From the NCBI GenBank assembly GCA_965637545.1, contig OZ281501.1:7130001-7194000 (forward strand): 64,000 nt of DNA. Direction: 5' to 3'. The notes below the pieces were generated by a model, which saw nothing but the letters and a program-made list of their open reading frames with translations, was not told the origin of the DNA and made no database searches. Shown here piece after piece: positions 1 to 12,400 of this stretch (position 1 is the stretch's first letter; each line of letters starts with the position of its first letter). The stretch is from Phallusia mammillata (lineage: Eukaryota). Made by a program: the position numbers and the translations under genes.

Positions 1-359
1 AGGTATAAAGATCTCTCTACAGTCATACCGAATTATTGCTGTGCAATAAGCTGATTACGCTAATTTCTAACCCCAAGTTTATAATACCGACAAGCTTGCT
101 CCACTAAACTAGAAAACTGTTGAAAAAAACTTGCAAGCTGACTGTACCTAAAATCAATGGTTCTTAACCTTTTTTCGTTGCCCTCGTGAACAATCAAATG
201 AATAACTATTCCCCCTTTTTATGGAAAAAAGCTAGAAATTACGAACTATATTTAAAAAAAACTAAAATTGTGAAAAATGTCATTTTTTGGGTAATTACCC
301 ACCGGTTAAGACCGACTGTTTTGTAAAAATAATTCTTAATGAATTTCTTTTACGTTTAG

Positions 360-3300
360 TGGGTTGTGGATTTGCATCGCAATATGCGGGCAGTTGAAGC
401 CCAGTGCATAGGTTTCCAAGATCGACTGCGAAAACGAGGGGAAATTCTACATACATCCTATATCTATCACAAGTCCTCAGAACAAGTAACTAAACAGTGC
501 AAACAATTAATGCAAAAAGTAAAAAAACGAATACCAATACACTACTTAAGAAATATTTATCTAAAACTCATTTAAAACAACATTCTTCAAGGTTACTTTT
601 ACCCACATAAGTGAAACATTATGTCTAAACGAACTACTTTAAGTTCTGTCGGTTTTACATCCAGTACTTTGTGTTTAGATTTCAGCGGAACTTGACAAAC
701 ACTTGGAGATATGTAAAGTGGAGGCAAGTCTTTTAGACCCACTTGAAGCTGTACAAAGCAAACTTGACGATCTGCACCATCAACACGGAGTAGGTTAAAT
801 ATAACATTCATCATTTTCCCATGTGCTTGCTTGTGTGTAATTCCAGTGCTGGAAAACATTAGAAAGTCACCTAATTTAGGACAGACGGTTTACCGCTGAG
901 CCTGCGTAGCCAGCTGCTAGAGCGCGAGTCCCGTAAAGACTCCTGTCTTGGATTCAAATCCCACTACAGGCTAATTTTTTTGCCTACGACTTGTCAAATG
1001 GGAATGCTTGGTTACCGGCTGATTCGGTATGACGTCTTTAATGGGCCTGGTGTACTGTGATTTATGTATGAGTGTGCCGTGATTACTGGTCTTATAGTAT
1101 TTGTGTTCATCTTTGCTAATTTAGTAGCTATTTCTCTTCTTTTTTTGAAGAAAATTCGTCAACTTCACGAAACTGTTGTCAAAACCGCCACTTCGTTTCT
1201 TCATAAACTGGCGAAACACTCCCAGGAGCTACAGCATGATTGCGGGTTTGTTTGAATAAATGTTTCATAGCAAACTGGCTAATGATCTTAAAGTAACTAA
1301 ATTGTCTAATTTTATCTTCTATGTCAACCTATTGGTTAGTTTTAAACTTAAACCCTAACAAGTTTTTTAAAGATTTTCGAGACGTCTTAATAACCTTAAT
1401 GGACAAACATATCTTCCACCCTATACTGCTTTCATTGATTTATATTTTTTCATTGGTATTTCGGTTACAAACTGGCATAAACATACAACTCGTAAACAAA
1501 TGTACTCAATTTTCTCTATTTGCTCATGTGGTCAAATCAAACCAGTGCCAACGGTTTATGTTGTCTTTGTGTAAAGCAGCAAATTAACTTGCTTATCTGT
1601 ATCCTGTTTTGTTACAGTATCAATAAGTACGTGGTGCAAGTGCGCCACACCGTGGCCAACATCCAGGACCGTGTGAGGCGTTGTGAGGATTTTACAGAGT
1701 CGAGCAAAGTACGCCTTGAGCACGTGTTACAACTGCAAACTGCACAAAGAGACGTGAGACAAGTAAGTAATTTTTTATTATGCATTATATGAAATTTGTA
1801 GATTGTGATTGTGACTGTGATCGGTTGGTTTCGCAGGCTGTGGAGTGGCTTTGTGACGTTAGAAACACGATACAACAAACACACAGGGCACTTGGCAAAT
1901 CAGCCAAAGAAGTGGAGTTTCTGATCAGCCAGCACGCTAATATAAAAGTAGGTTGATCGTTACTATAATTTTGTGGCACAATACGTGTGGGTTGAACTAA
2001 ACTCGAATCAGCAGCTCCTGATTCAGCAGTATTGTTACGATGATAGTTGTACGGGATATTTTTAAACGTTGGTTATTGGTTAATATAGCATATCACGTTT
2101 AACGACCCTGTACATTTACCGTTAGAAATTTATACATTTACTAGCATTAGTGGCTATACCAGAGTTGTGAGTAAAAAAACGCTGTTTCGGGCTGGGTTTT
2201 TGGCTAGTTTTGGCCGGGTTTTGGCCCCAATTTTGGCCCCGCTTACAACTCTGAACTATACTTGTAATTAGAAAAGACACATGTCGTGTGCTTACTTGAG
2301 AAGTATCTTCAATTGATATTGGACTCTACATTGATTATTAGGCAAGCGCCAAGTTGGCATACGACAATGGCAACAAACATCTTTCAGCGATGTCTGTTCT
2401 GCGACGCTACCTCGAGTTGTCACCACCATTCGGCGCCCCTGCGTCACCCAAATTAAAACGGTCGAAAAGCAGGTAAAAAGAAATTGCATGCAGTTCATTT
2501 ATTTTATAGACATTTGCCATTGCAGCGTTTTCATATTTCGTTTCTTAACATTGTAAACATTTAGATGTTTTACGAGATAAACAACCCATATTTCTAGATT
2601 AAGTGTGTACAACTTTTTTGCTAATAACGGCAAACATTTGGCGATCTGCGTGAACTGTTTACGACGTTACCATATATTTCTCTATACTGTTGTTGCCTGC
2701 TTTTATGCATTATTTGCACGCAATCAGTGTACAAAAAAATGACATGTATTGGTAATGGCCATGTAATATGTATGGCTTCTGCCCCCTTTTAGCTCACTAA
2801 ATCCTTTCAGATTAGTTTTAGACTCGCAAAGAGTTCTAATTATATTACGGCTTTCATTGCATATATTTTAATACACAAGTTCACAGCCGCATAAATTTGT
2901 CGAAACTGCATAATTGTTCTTGCAGTGGACAGTTGATATCGTCAAAGGGGAAACTTCTTCCGACACTAGAGGACGCTTGGGAGGCTTTCAACCTGGCATG
3001 GCATGAAAGACGAAGTCGACTTTCGGTTGCTCGCCTCTTTCACGAGAATGTAGAACAGGTGACAACAGAAACCGGTATAACTGTTTGCACAGCAGACCGT
3101 TTGATACTTACTGGTTGTATTTTAGTTGTTTAAACGTGGATCCCAGTTGGAAGTAGATTTAGATGATGCTTATCCCACGTCTGCTCAAGTTCCCCAAGAC
3201 CAAATCACAAAACAAGTACGTTGAAAAAGGAATATAGCAAACATATTTTAACAGAAACAGTGTGAAAGTATCATAGTGTCACATCAAGTGTCATAGACAT

Positions 3301-4472
3301 TAATAGTGTGATGTCTTGCGCCATGTTGTCTTTCCCACAAACAGCCGTCGATTTACCTGAAACTTAATTTTTAGGAAGAAAAATTTAGGAGGTATCTTTA
3401 TTAGATGAGCTAAGCTGACCAAACTTAATACACGCACATAAAGCACATTAACAGCATTTCTGATTCCATGTTGTTTGATTATAAGAAAATGAACATTTTT
3501 TTCAGTTCTTTTAATAAAATTATCACAGACGTCGTTAACTCTCTGCATTATGTTATGTTAAAAACGATTACCTTAAAAAATTAGTAATTTGATTGGTGTA
3601 TATGCAGCCTCGGTTTGCGCCCCTGCGTGAAGCTCAGTACGCCTTCACTGACGATGTTGCTGACGTGATGAGGTTGGGTTGTAATCTTTTGCAAGTTATG
3701 GATTCTGACCAGACCGACGGATCTTCATATCGCGCGTAAGTTCATTGTAACAGATAGAAAAATTTATTAACATAAGTGACGGAAACTACATCTATAGGGG
3801 AGTTTTTCGAACGTTTAAATTTTATGATTTGCGGTTAAAAAAATAATAATAATAACATGCGGAATTCAAGTGTTAAAGAAACTTTGGGGTATATTTTGTA
3901 TTCGAAATCCACTAAAGGGCCAACTAAAATATGATTCCATTTTTAGCTGAAGTGAAGTCGATTAAAACACAGGCACTAAAACCGTATCGTGAATAAATAC
4001 AAATAGGAACAATTTTGCAATTGAAGTTACCTGATAAAATGAACACGTTGTATGTTTAATTGTAATCTTATTCGTAGTTCAGCTACTTTGTTAACTCAAT
4101 CTCATGTATAGTCCACTTAAAATAAAGTTAAATTTGTTGTCAACTAGAGTGAAAACATGAATTTCTTTCCGTCATCCTTGTTTTTCGTTTGGTGGTGACT
4201 AAAAATTAAAAAAATTCTCCACCGACTAATAACTTGAGCACTGCACATTTAGCTTTTGTTCCAAATTCAAATGTAAAAAACAATTTGTTACCTGATTTAG
4301 GCAAGACGGAAGTCAACAAACTTTGCAGATGATTCAGTCAAAAATGCAAGAGCTCGATCATCTCAAGACCTCGGTGAGAACTAAGTGGTGTCGGTTAAAG
4401 GGAGACCAGCTCTCCGATGTCAACATTCACAGAAGAGATTATTTTCCCAGTTGGGTGGAAGGCGTTAATGAG
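360..4472 (+). CDS. SESTD1: SESTD1-like spectrin-repeat protein, 3' part (5' end upstream of window); multi-exon
   Basis: Phase-consistent exons: 360-485, 679-789, 1151-1245, 1618-1762, 1837-1947, 2342-2472, 2926-3058, 3126-3215, 3608-3735, 4301-4472. The translation (NIQDRVRRCEDFTESSKVRLEHVLQLQTAQRDVRQ|AVEWLCDVRNTIQQTHRALGKSAKEVEFLISQH; LPTLEDAWEAFNLAWHERRSRLSVARLFHENVEQ) parallels the recalled C-terminal half of vertebrate SESTD1 ([26 protein letters not shown]...[56 protein letters not shown]). The last exon ends in a phase-0 donor, not a stop. Confidence 0.8.
900..1063 (+). mobile_element. tRNA-derived SINE copy
   Basis: tRNA-like head GCCTGCG...GGATTCAAATCCC...CAGGC, followed by a body (GGAATGCTTGG..ACCGGCT..TTCGGTAT...GGCCTGGTGTAC) shared with the 15208-15378 and 47499-47565 copies. 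Confidence 0.7.
2160..2253. mobile_element. Very short hAT-type MITE
   Basis: TIRs CAGAGTTGTGAG / CTTACAACTCTG; flanks ggctatac / aactatac (6/8 TSD). A related end GGCTTACAACTCTA occurs near 7817-7829. Confidence 0.55.
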
Positions 4473-5049
4473 GTGAAATATTGTGCATGCATTTTAGGTG
4501 AAACTTGTATATCAGTGTCATGTAGATTTTGTATAATTGTTTTTTTTTCCTGAAATTGTTCCAAAACAAATTTGTTTCCAAAAATGGCCAGATATCTAAG
4601 TCTGTATTTTTCCACAAAAAGTGTCGGAAAGAATTTAATGGGTTCATAGCAAAGTATGGGCTTTTACTCTCTGCCGTGTGCAAAAGAAAGCACTACCATT
4701 TCGGTTTAAAATAAATGACAAATAGTTTTTCCGTTGGAAATTTAAGATATCAAACCAATTTCCTAAATATCAGTACACAAGAGCTACAGACCACAGTTTA
4801 CGTGCACTCTGTGCTGGTCAAGTGTTAATAGCATAGCAAGGCATTTGTGAAACGAATTCCAGACATTTCAAAGTGCCACTCCACTCTGCTCACGCCCTAA
4901 TGAGGGCGACCAAGCGCAACCGCGCAGTCCAAGAAAACACTAACGTTACATTACGCAAACGCCAGAGCTGCCCATTACGAATAAATTTCACTGGACGCAG
5001 TGTGGTTAAGTGTGGTTTATAATAGATTTGATTGCTAAGATGCACGTTG

Positions 5050-5640
5050 TCAGATCGCTAGGGAAGTAATACTAAACGTCTTTGCCTTGGAAGGTATATC
5101 TATTTCAGATTGTGTATGTTTGGTTAAGTTGAGGAAAAAGGGCGTTTTAAGAAGTATACTGCTAAAATGTTGTTGATAACAAGTACAGTTGTTTAGAAAA
5201 TTTTATCTGACGGAATGTTTTACTGATTTCATTACACTTGTACCTCAGTTATTCATTAGTTTTTTAATTTGTATTGTAGTGTATAATGTTTCGAGATCAA
5301 AAGGCAGAAATTCAGTGTGGCCAAGTATGGTTTTCTGATATTGGTTTTCGTTTGTTGATTTGATTGTCAAGTTTTACGTGGTTAAACCGCTCGGAAAGTA
5401 ATATTGAATTTGTTGGCCCTAAAATGTAGACATATTTCAGATTATGTGTGTTGGGTTATGTTGTGCAAAATAGGCGCTTAAGAAGATTAGGTAATACTGA
5501 TATATAGTTGATAAACTGCACAGTTATAGCCAAAAATTGATTTGACAGATCTTTTAAAAAAGATTAAAAAATAGGCTTGCAACCTAGGTTGTCATTAATT
5601 TTTAAATTTGTATTTTACTGTCCAATGTTTCGCGTTAAAA
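5050..5640. repeat. Diverged tandem duplication, about 330-bp period
   Basis: GGAAGTAATA...ATTTCAGATT.TGT.TGTT.GGTTA.GTTG...GGCG.TTAAGAAG...TTTGTATT...AATGTTTCG occurs twice. Confidence 0.6.
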
Positions 5641-6182
5641 AAAGTTAAAAATAAAAAACAATTAAGAAGTTTACAACAAAAAAAGGTGAACTTAAATCCA
5701 AAGCTACGTGCCAAAATATTATTCGTAAAAGGAAAATTTTAAATCTTGTTTGTGTAGCATGGTATAGTCTTAACGGTTATGTATTTACGCTTTGGCATTT
5801 CAATCATCACTGTCCACGTGGTTATAATGGAAAGCCTCTGTTGATTTGCCAAATGTGTCCCTTGGGAGTTTCACCACATAATGCCTTAACTTCCGTAAGT
5901 AACATTTTGACCTCACACCCGCGTAACAGCCTGGAACGTGACGAGCAGAGCGTACAAGAAGGAAAGCTTAACTAACTTGAAAGCAGAAACGATAGCATCA
6001 TGGTCCTCATATAAAAAGGAATCAGACTAAATAAAGTTGTAACAGAAAAGTACGCGTATGTTTTTTTTTCATAAGTTTTTCACGAAACTGCAATATTGCA
6101 GAATTTAGGAGATGATAGTTACTGTTTAAGTTTGCTGTGAGAAAACAAATCCTAATAAACCATAGAGTCTGCATGATAAGTA

Positions 6183-6234
6183 AGCTACAGACAGTGCACA
6201 CCGTTTCGACATACAAGGCCTCATCAGTGCAGCT
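6183..6234 (-). ncRNA. Type I hammerhead ribozyme, intact core
   Basis: The minus strand reads AGCUGCA CUGAUGA GGC cuuguau GUC GAAACGG ugugca CUGUC UGUAGCU: 7-bp stem I, full CUGAUGA/GAAA core, 3-bp stem II, stem III ACGG/CUGU, and a GUC cleavage triplet. Confidence 0.85.
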
Positions 6235-6438
6235 GATGTCAAGACCATATTGCGGCACTCCAGTTTTTAACAGGCTGAAAAGCCATGACTCACAAAGTCT
6301 GTTCGTTCGCACAAACATCTTTTAAAAAACTACTACTTTTCTGTATATGTATTTAATTTTCTATATTGCTTTAACATAGGTAAAGAAAGTGAGATAAGGT
6401 ATTTAAAGGCAATGGTATGTTGACAATGTCTATGTGAA

Positions 6439-9400
6439 ATGTCTGATAAAGAATTTGCTGAACGTGGTAGCCATTCTCCAAATCAACTCGACCAAACTCA
6501 ACAGCCGCGTGAATCGTTTTACGACAACGTTAATCTGACCGAATCAACACTTGCAAATGTGAAATATCGCCCAACCCGTTCAACTGTACACAGAAATCGT
6601 AAACGGGTAGCAGGTGGTACTAACTTTGAACTTCAAGAAGCTGTGACAATGGAAATACAAAGCGATGTCCATGAAAGCGTTGAAACTCCTGACTCTGTAG
6701 ATGGTTGTAAACGGGTAAAATTCGAGTCAACGGACTATCCTAAGCCTAAATGTCACGAATTCAGGGACAGAAAGCCTACAGAAACAGATACAGCTGTTAT
6801 GGACGCTGAAGAGGGAATTAGATTAATGTGTCCATTGACAATTTCGCTCGATAACGACCCAAGCGTGAGTGAAAGTGGCGACTGGTCATACGAGGGTGAT
6901 GTGGTTGGTCATATTTGTGTCCAGTCAAACGCTGGCCAGATTGGCGTGGACGTTATCAGTGTAAGTGGCTGCGCCTGTTAACGGGATTCGGATTGCATCA
7001 TGATGTGTTTATAGAGTGACATTTATTTTGAAAACGTAGCTGTAACTTGCAATGATTAAAACCTGTTGACGCCTTTGTTAAGTTGTCTTCCAACTAAAGT
7101 TGCTTGACCTTGTGTTTTGTAATTCATAAACTGCATTTATAGAAAATTCCATGTTGGCAACAATTCCAATACAAACTATTCTTCAAATCAATGCTGCAAT
7201 AAAGAATTAGTAGCATGATGGCAGATGTATTTGTTTATAATTTCTTTGTTGTGTTTACAGTCAACGGATTGGATTCGTATGAAGCTGGTTCAGTGTACAC
7301 CGAACGCTTTCGACATCGGCAGGAACTTGAAAGAGGCCAAGAAACTACAAGTTCAACACGAAGAACTTCTGCAAAAAATGAAGGTTTAAGAAATATTTTT
7401 AATTGTATAAATGTTAAATTCACAACACGCTTAAAGATAGTTTAGCACAGTAAATCTCCCTTGGCAATTGGTTTCTTTTGTTAAATTCTTTATTCTATAT
7501 ATGGTTGATTTCAATCGTTGCACAATTATTAACGTGTACTGGTTAAATTAATCTGAACAAAATCCTGAAATGCATGCAGGATAAGTCCCTACACGGCCAG
7601 CAAAGAAGTGTGTATGCCTAAACCTATCATAATTGGCTACATACGAATAGCCCAAACCCGAAAGTACGAGCACAAAACCCAGCCCGTAACCGATTTATAA
7701 AAAAACAAACCCGAAAGTCGGTGAAATTGCGGCACAAATGACCGAGTGTGTATAGTCAGTCTCGAATCAAGCTCGTTTTATTGAAATTTTGAACCCGAAC
7801 ACTGACCTAGAATCCCGGCTTACAACTCTAGTTTAACAAACTGATAAATATGACGACCTTACAAGCACTTTGTGTTCGCTGTACAGGAAAAGGAAGATGT
7901 GGTTCTAGCTCTTCTCGAAAAAGAACAGCAATCGGAAACGATGAACGACAGCTCCACAGTGAAGTTCACATCTCAGTCTTCAGTTACTTACAGCAGTGAA
8001 CCAGGTTCGTCCAATGAGCGGAAGATGCACAAAGCGATGAGCAAATCTCTATGTGACTTGTGGCGGGACTTGAACGGTCTGCTAGCACGGAGACACACCC
8101 TGCTTGGAAAGTCTGTTAATTTCTATGATGCCGCTACGAAGGTGGGAAATGAATTTTGTAAATTACTACTGCATGCACGAAATAGAAATACTTTACGAGT
8201 ATATAGAAGTATAAACGAATAGTTTTGGAATCTTGGTATTCGATTAAACCAGGTTTTTAGATTGCGATAGTTCAGGCCGCGTTAAAATATATGAAGTCTA
8301 AAGATCAACCTAGATGTTTTCTAAGAAAGTCAAGTTTCTGTTACTGAATTTCGTATTGTGATTGGACAAAAGTTCAGTAGCTCCATATAAGTATTATCCG
8401 CTCTGTCTTCAAACAATAAATTCAATTCAATATTTTTCGCGATTACTATGAAACATTGTTTCTTTAACTATTTTACCTCAAGAAGAAACGGTTTTGCTGA
8501 TTTAAGTTGCATATGTCTGTGTACTGAAATCCGTCTGCAATTTTCACATATCCTTAGTTCTCCAATCAATTAACATGCATGGAGCAATACCTAAAGTGGG
8601 AGGAGCTGCCTGCTGATCGCGCGAGCGCCGAAAGTTTGCTTGTGACGTTACAGGACATGCATGACTGCATGCTCGATGCGTCAAAAGTCTGCACTAATTC
8701 AGGGAGAGATTTGATGACGATGCTTAAAGCTTTGAAAGCAAATCATCCCGAAAGACACAAGGTAAATGTGTTTGAAGTGCAAATAATTTTACCACCATGT
8801 TTATGAAAGTGTATCAATTTTTCATCATGTTTACTAATGTGGGTAAAAAGTCCTTCTCAAACTTGTTAATGAGCCACGGATATGAACTGATTAAAACCTT
8901 TCATGACTTTTCTATCATTAAAACGAAGAAAAGTACTTGCGACCAGGGAGTCGTATTGTTTGTCATATATGTTCGGTTCGGTTCGGTACAGGTTTTGCGA
9001 AAAATACGTTTTCGCTTATGATTTCAATTCTGGCAAATCACGCTCTCCCAAACAGTTTGGGTTTTGTTCCGGTTCTGGAAATTTATCCGGTCCAAACCTT
9101 GTTTGCGTTCTGCGTTAGCTCTACATATTCGAAAAGACCTAAATACCGAACAAACAACAACAAAAAATTAGCGTGGTCCTTTACAGCAAAATGCTCTTGT
9201 TTTCCCATGTTTTAATAAAAATTACCAACCCTCAAATCAGACATTCTTAACCACACTTTTGTTTCAGTTGAGTTTTGGAAGCGCCTGTGCTGCTATTGAA
9301 TGTACTCTCGAATCGTTGGTGGAAAGGAGAAACCAGATCGAATACAGATACGACAAGAGAATACTTGAACTTGAACACGCGCTAAAAATCAGGGAATGGG

Positions 9401-12400
9401 AATGTGAGGTTGATCAGGTGGGTTTGCTTTGAATATCTTACGCTACCTGAACGCAAATAGGCATTTGCTTGTCCAGATTTTAGCCTCGAAGTTATTGATA
9501 TCGCGGCAGACTTTTACACATACTTCTGCATGCAGGCCATTTCGGGTAGAGCTAGTGTAATTAACCTCTAAGTTAAAACAAGACAAAATGAATTTAGGGA
9601 AGTCTAAAATATGTTTAAGTTGGGCGTTACTTTATATTTTTACTTTAATGTCCGTTTGTGTACCACGTTTTACCAAAATAATATAAGCCCAGTGGTGGGA
9701 TTTAGCCGATTCGCACCGGTTCTATACAACCGCCTCACGAAATTTTGTGAGATCAGCGGATCGGTTAGCATTACTGGTTACTTTCAATGGATTTTTGCAT
9801 CTTATCTGATGCACTGATTTTTGAGATCCGGCTAAAAAATATGACTTTTGTGATAGAATCGGCTGACAAAACAGTTGAATCCCACCACTGTATAAGCCCC
9901 CAATTTCATATGACTGTTTTTTATGTTTATACTTACACTAAATTTTGACGTGAAGAATATTTATTGTACTTACCTACCAAATTACAGTGCTACTAATGCG
10001 AACAGTGGTCTGTTCTCTTGTGGTAAATACGTATAGTTTTACTTTGGACAAATCTTAAAACCACGACTCTGAACCTTTTGCTATTAGATTGTTGATTGGT
10101 TCGACCACACAAGGGAAGTTGCCTTGGAAGATTCGGAACTTGGCAGCGGGAAAGCTCGTACAGAAGCCATTCTATGTCACCTCGAACAAGTTAAAGAAAG
10201 AGCGCAGGTACGACTCTTGCAGAAAATGTGCCTTTAAATGATCTTTTGTAGTAACATTGGTCATAGCTTTTTCATCTTCTAAATTATTGTTGTTGTTTTC
10301 ACGGTTTAGCCTTAGTTTTAAACCGGCTTGGAGGTTCGGTAGGAGGCTGAGCCGGTCAAAGCTAGTTTGAAACTGGATTATTCCGGAAAAAAGCTTGTTT
10401 TTCTTCTGTTTTTTGAGCCACAAAAACTTCTGAGTACAACTTTATTTATTTTCAATAGGATAAATTAGAGGAAGCAAAGAAGTTAGTGGGTCACGGGAAA
10501 GAAGAATTAAAGGCGTTCGGAGCGGACCTCGTTTCGTCCAAATCTACGCTACTTGATGAGCTTGGAGAAAGTTTCATGGAAACACTAGACTACCGCAGAG
10601 ACGAACTCACATCGGTTGTGGCTTTTTACAAGCTTACTGCAGAGGTATAAACTTGTAAAAGCTTAAAATCAATAAATGATAAGCTGTAGACAGTGAACAC
10701 TGTTTCGACCTATAATGTCGCATCAGTGCAGCTGGAGACAGGCCGTATTGGCTAAAGTGTAGTCATTCAACACAACTCCAGTTTGTTGGAAGTAACAGGC
10801 TAAATGCCATGCCTGACCTATTCTGTTCGATGCCACAACTGGGTTTAAACCACAGGTGAACTGGCTCCTAATAGCTACACTAACCAATACGGATTATCTA
10901 GCTAGCTGCACTGGTGAGAACTTATAGGTCGAAATAGTACACACTGTATGCGGGTATAAACTTATTTGGTACAATATCTTTACCTGGATAAGGGCTACCT
11001 GATTTTTTTGTCCTGCGAAACGTCTATACAAAAAATCCAGATTAAAAAACGCCTGTTATGCTCGTTTGGACTCAAACGTACTAGACCAATAAATTGTACT
11101 GAATTGTTGGAAATGCATTCAGGCTGAATATTCTTTGGAAGAAATCAAGAAAAAGTTGATGCTAGGCAAATTCTCACTTCAGCGTGACGAAGCGGATGAA
11201 CAGTACAAGAGATTTACATCGAGTATTGTGGCTGCATGCGAACCTGCTTTGCAAAAGGCAGATTATATCATCAGTCCCAGGTACACTGTTATAAACAATG
11301 TATAAATTCAGGGTGGTTTAAGATTAATGGCATCGAGGGCCACTTTAAGGATATGTATAAGGTAACTTCAGGTAATTTTAAAATCGGTTGAGACCAAAAT
11401 CTTTTTCTCATACTTTGAAAAATTTAAGCAGTTTATTTTTTTGCTGTAAGTTAAACGCCTATTTTGGTGTATTCTGTTTGTTTCTAATTCTGACGAAAAA
11501 AGTAAACCGTTGCTTGTAAAGAGTTGTGACTATTGCAATCCATTTATACACTGCCGTTATAAAATTGCATTCTAAAGGTATTTGCGAGCCGCATAAAATG
11601 TGCAAGAGCTTGAACCACAATATTGATTATTGCAAACCCTTACCGAATGAGATACCAAATGGTTTTTCTAACATGGATACTAATGAATGGAATAAAAGTT
11701 TTGTTTATGCTTAAAGAGATGATGACGGAATGGAAGGTGTGGAAGGCTTGCTTCACGCCAGGGATAGGATATTAAGGTCACGTGATGATCTCCTCGGAAT
11801 CATCAACCGTCATAGAAATGACGCAAACCGAATCGAAGAAATGATGAAAATCTTCTTTCAGAATTGTGACCAAGTAAGTTTGGTTTTATGAATGAACCTG
11901 TCTGGCTTAAACTTGCACAAAATGGTTTTGAAACGTTATGAAGACTATTTACACTCTTTGGTGTTTTTATATAGTTAAAGAACTGGACATGCGAAGTTGC
12001 GGAAGGAATGCTCTCCACCAATGGAGTAATGGGAAATAATGTTCAAACTGCCTCACAGTTCCTTGTGTGGCATAAACTCCTTGCCCAAGACGTACAGGTA
12101 ATCTACATGTAAAATTATTTTACAACTATCTGGCATTAGCTTTTCTTTATGTCAGTGCAAGGCACTGTTAAAAAATATATACAGAAATGCTTGCATAGTT
12201 TCAAACTTACATACAATTGTCAAGTATTTTCCAGTTATTTTCGGCTGATGTTGATAAAAACTGTAAATGTTGTGCAGTGGACGATTAGGGACTGAGGTAT
12301 AGGCATTTGGCCCCCACCACTAGAGGGGGGCGAGTCGCCCTATTGCCCTATTGAGTGTTTTCGCTCTATCAACGGCAGTTATGTGTGCATACATATGTGC

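Noticed and set aside
4473-6438. Direct fusion of the SESTD1-like exon to exon 6380-6960, or coding exons near 4830-5020 and 5790-5975
   Set aside because: Splicing 4472->6380 gives VKKVR-stop, and the ATG frame has TGA at 6421. The other segments lack a convincing in-phase acceptor or homology; a terminal exon near 4863 remains possible but unsupported.
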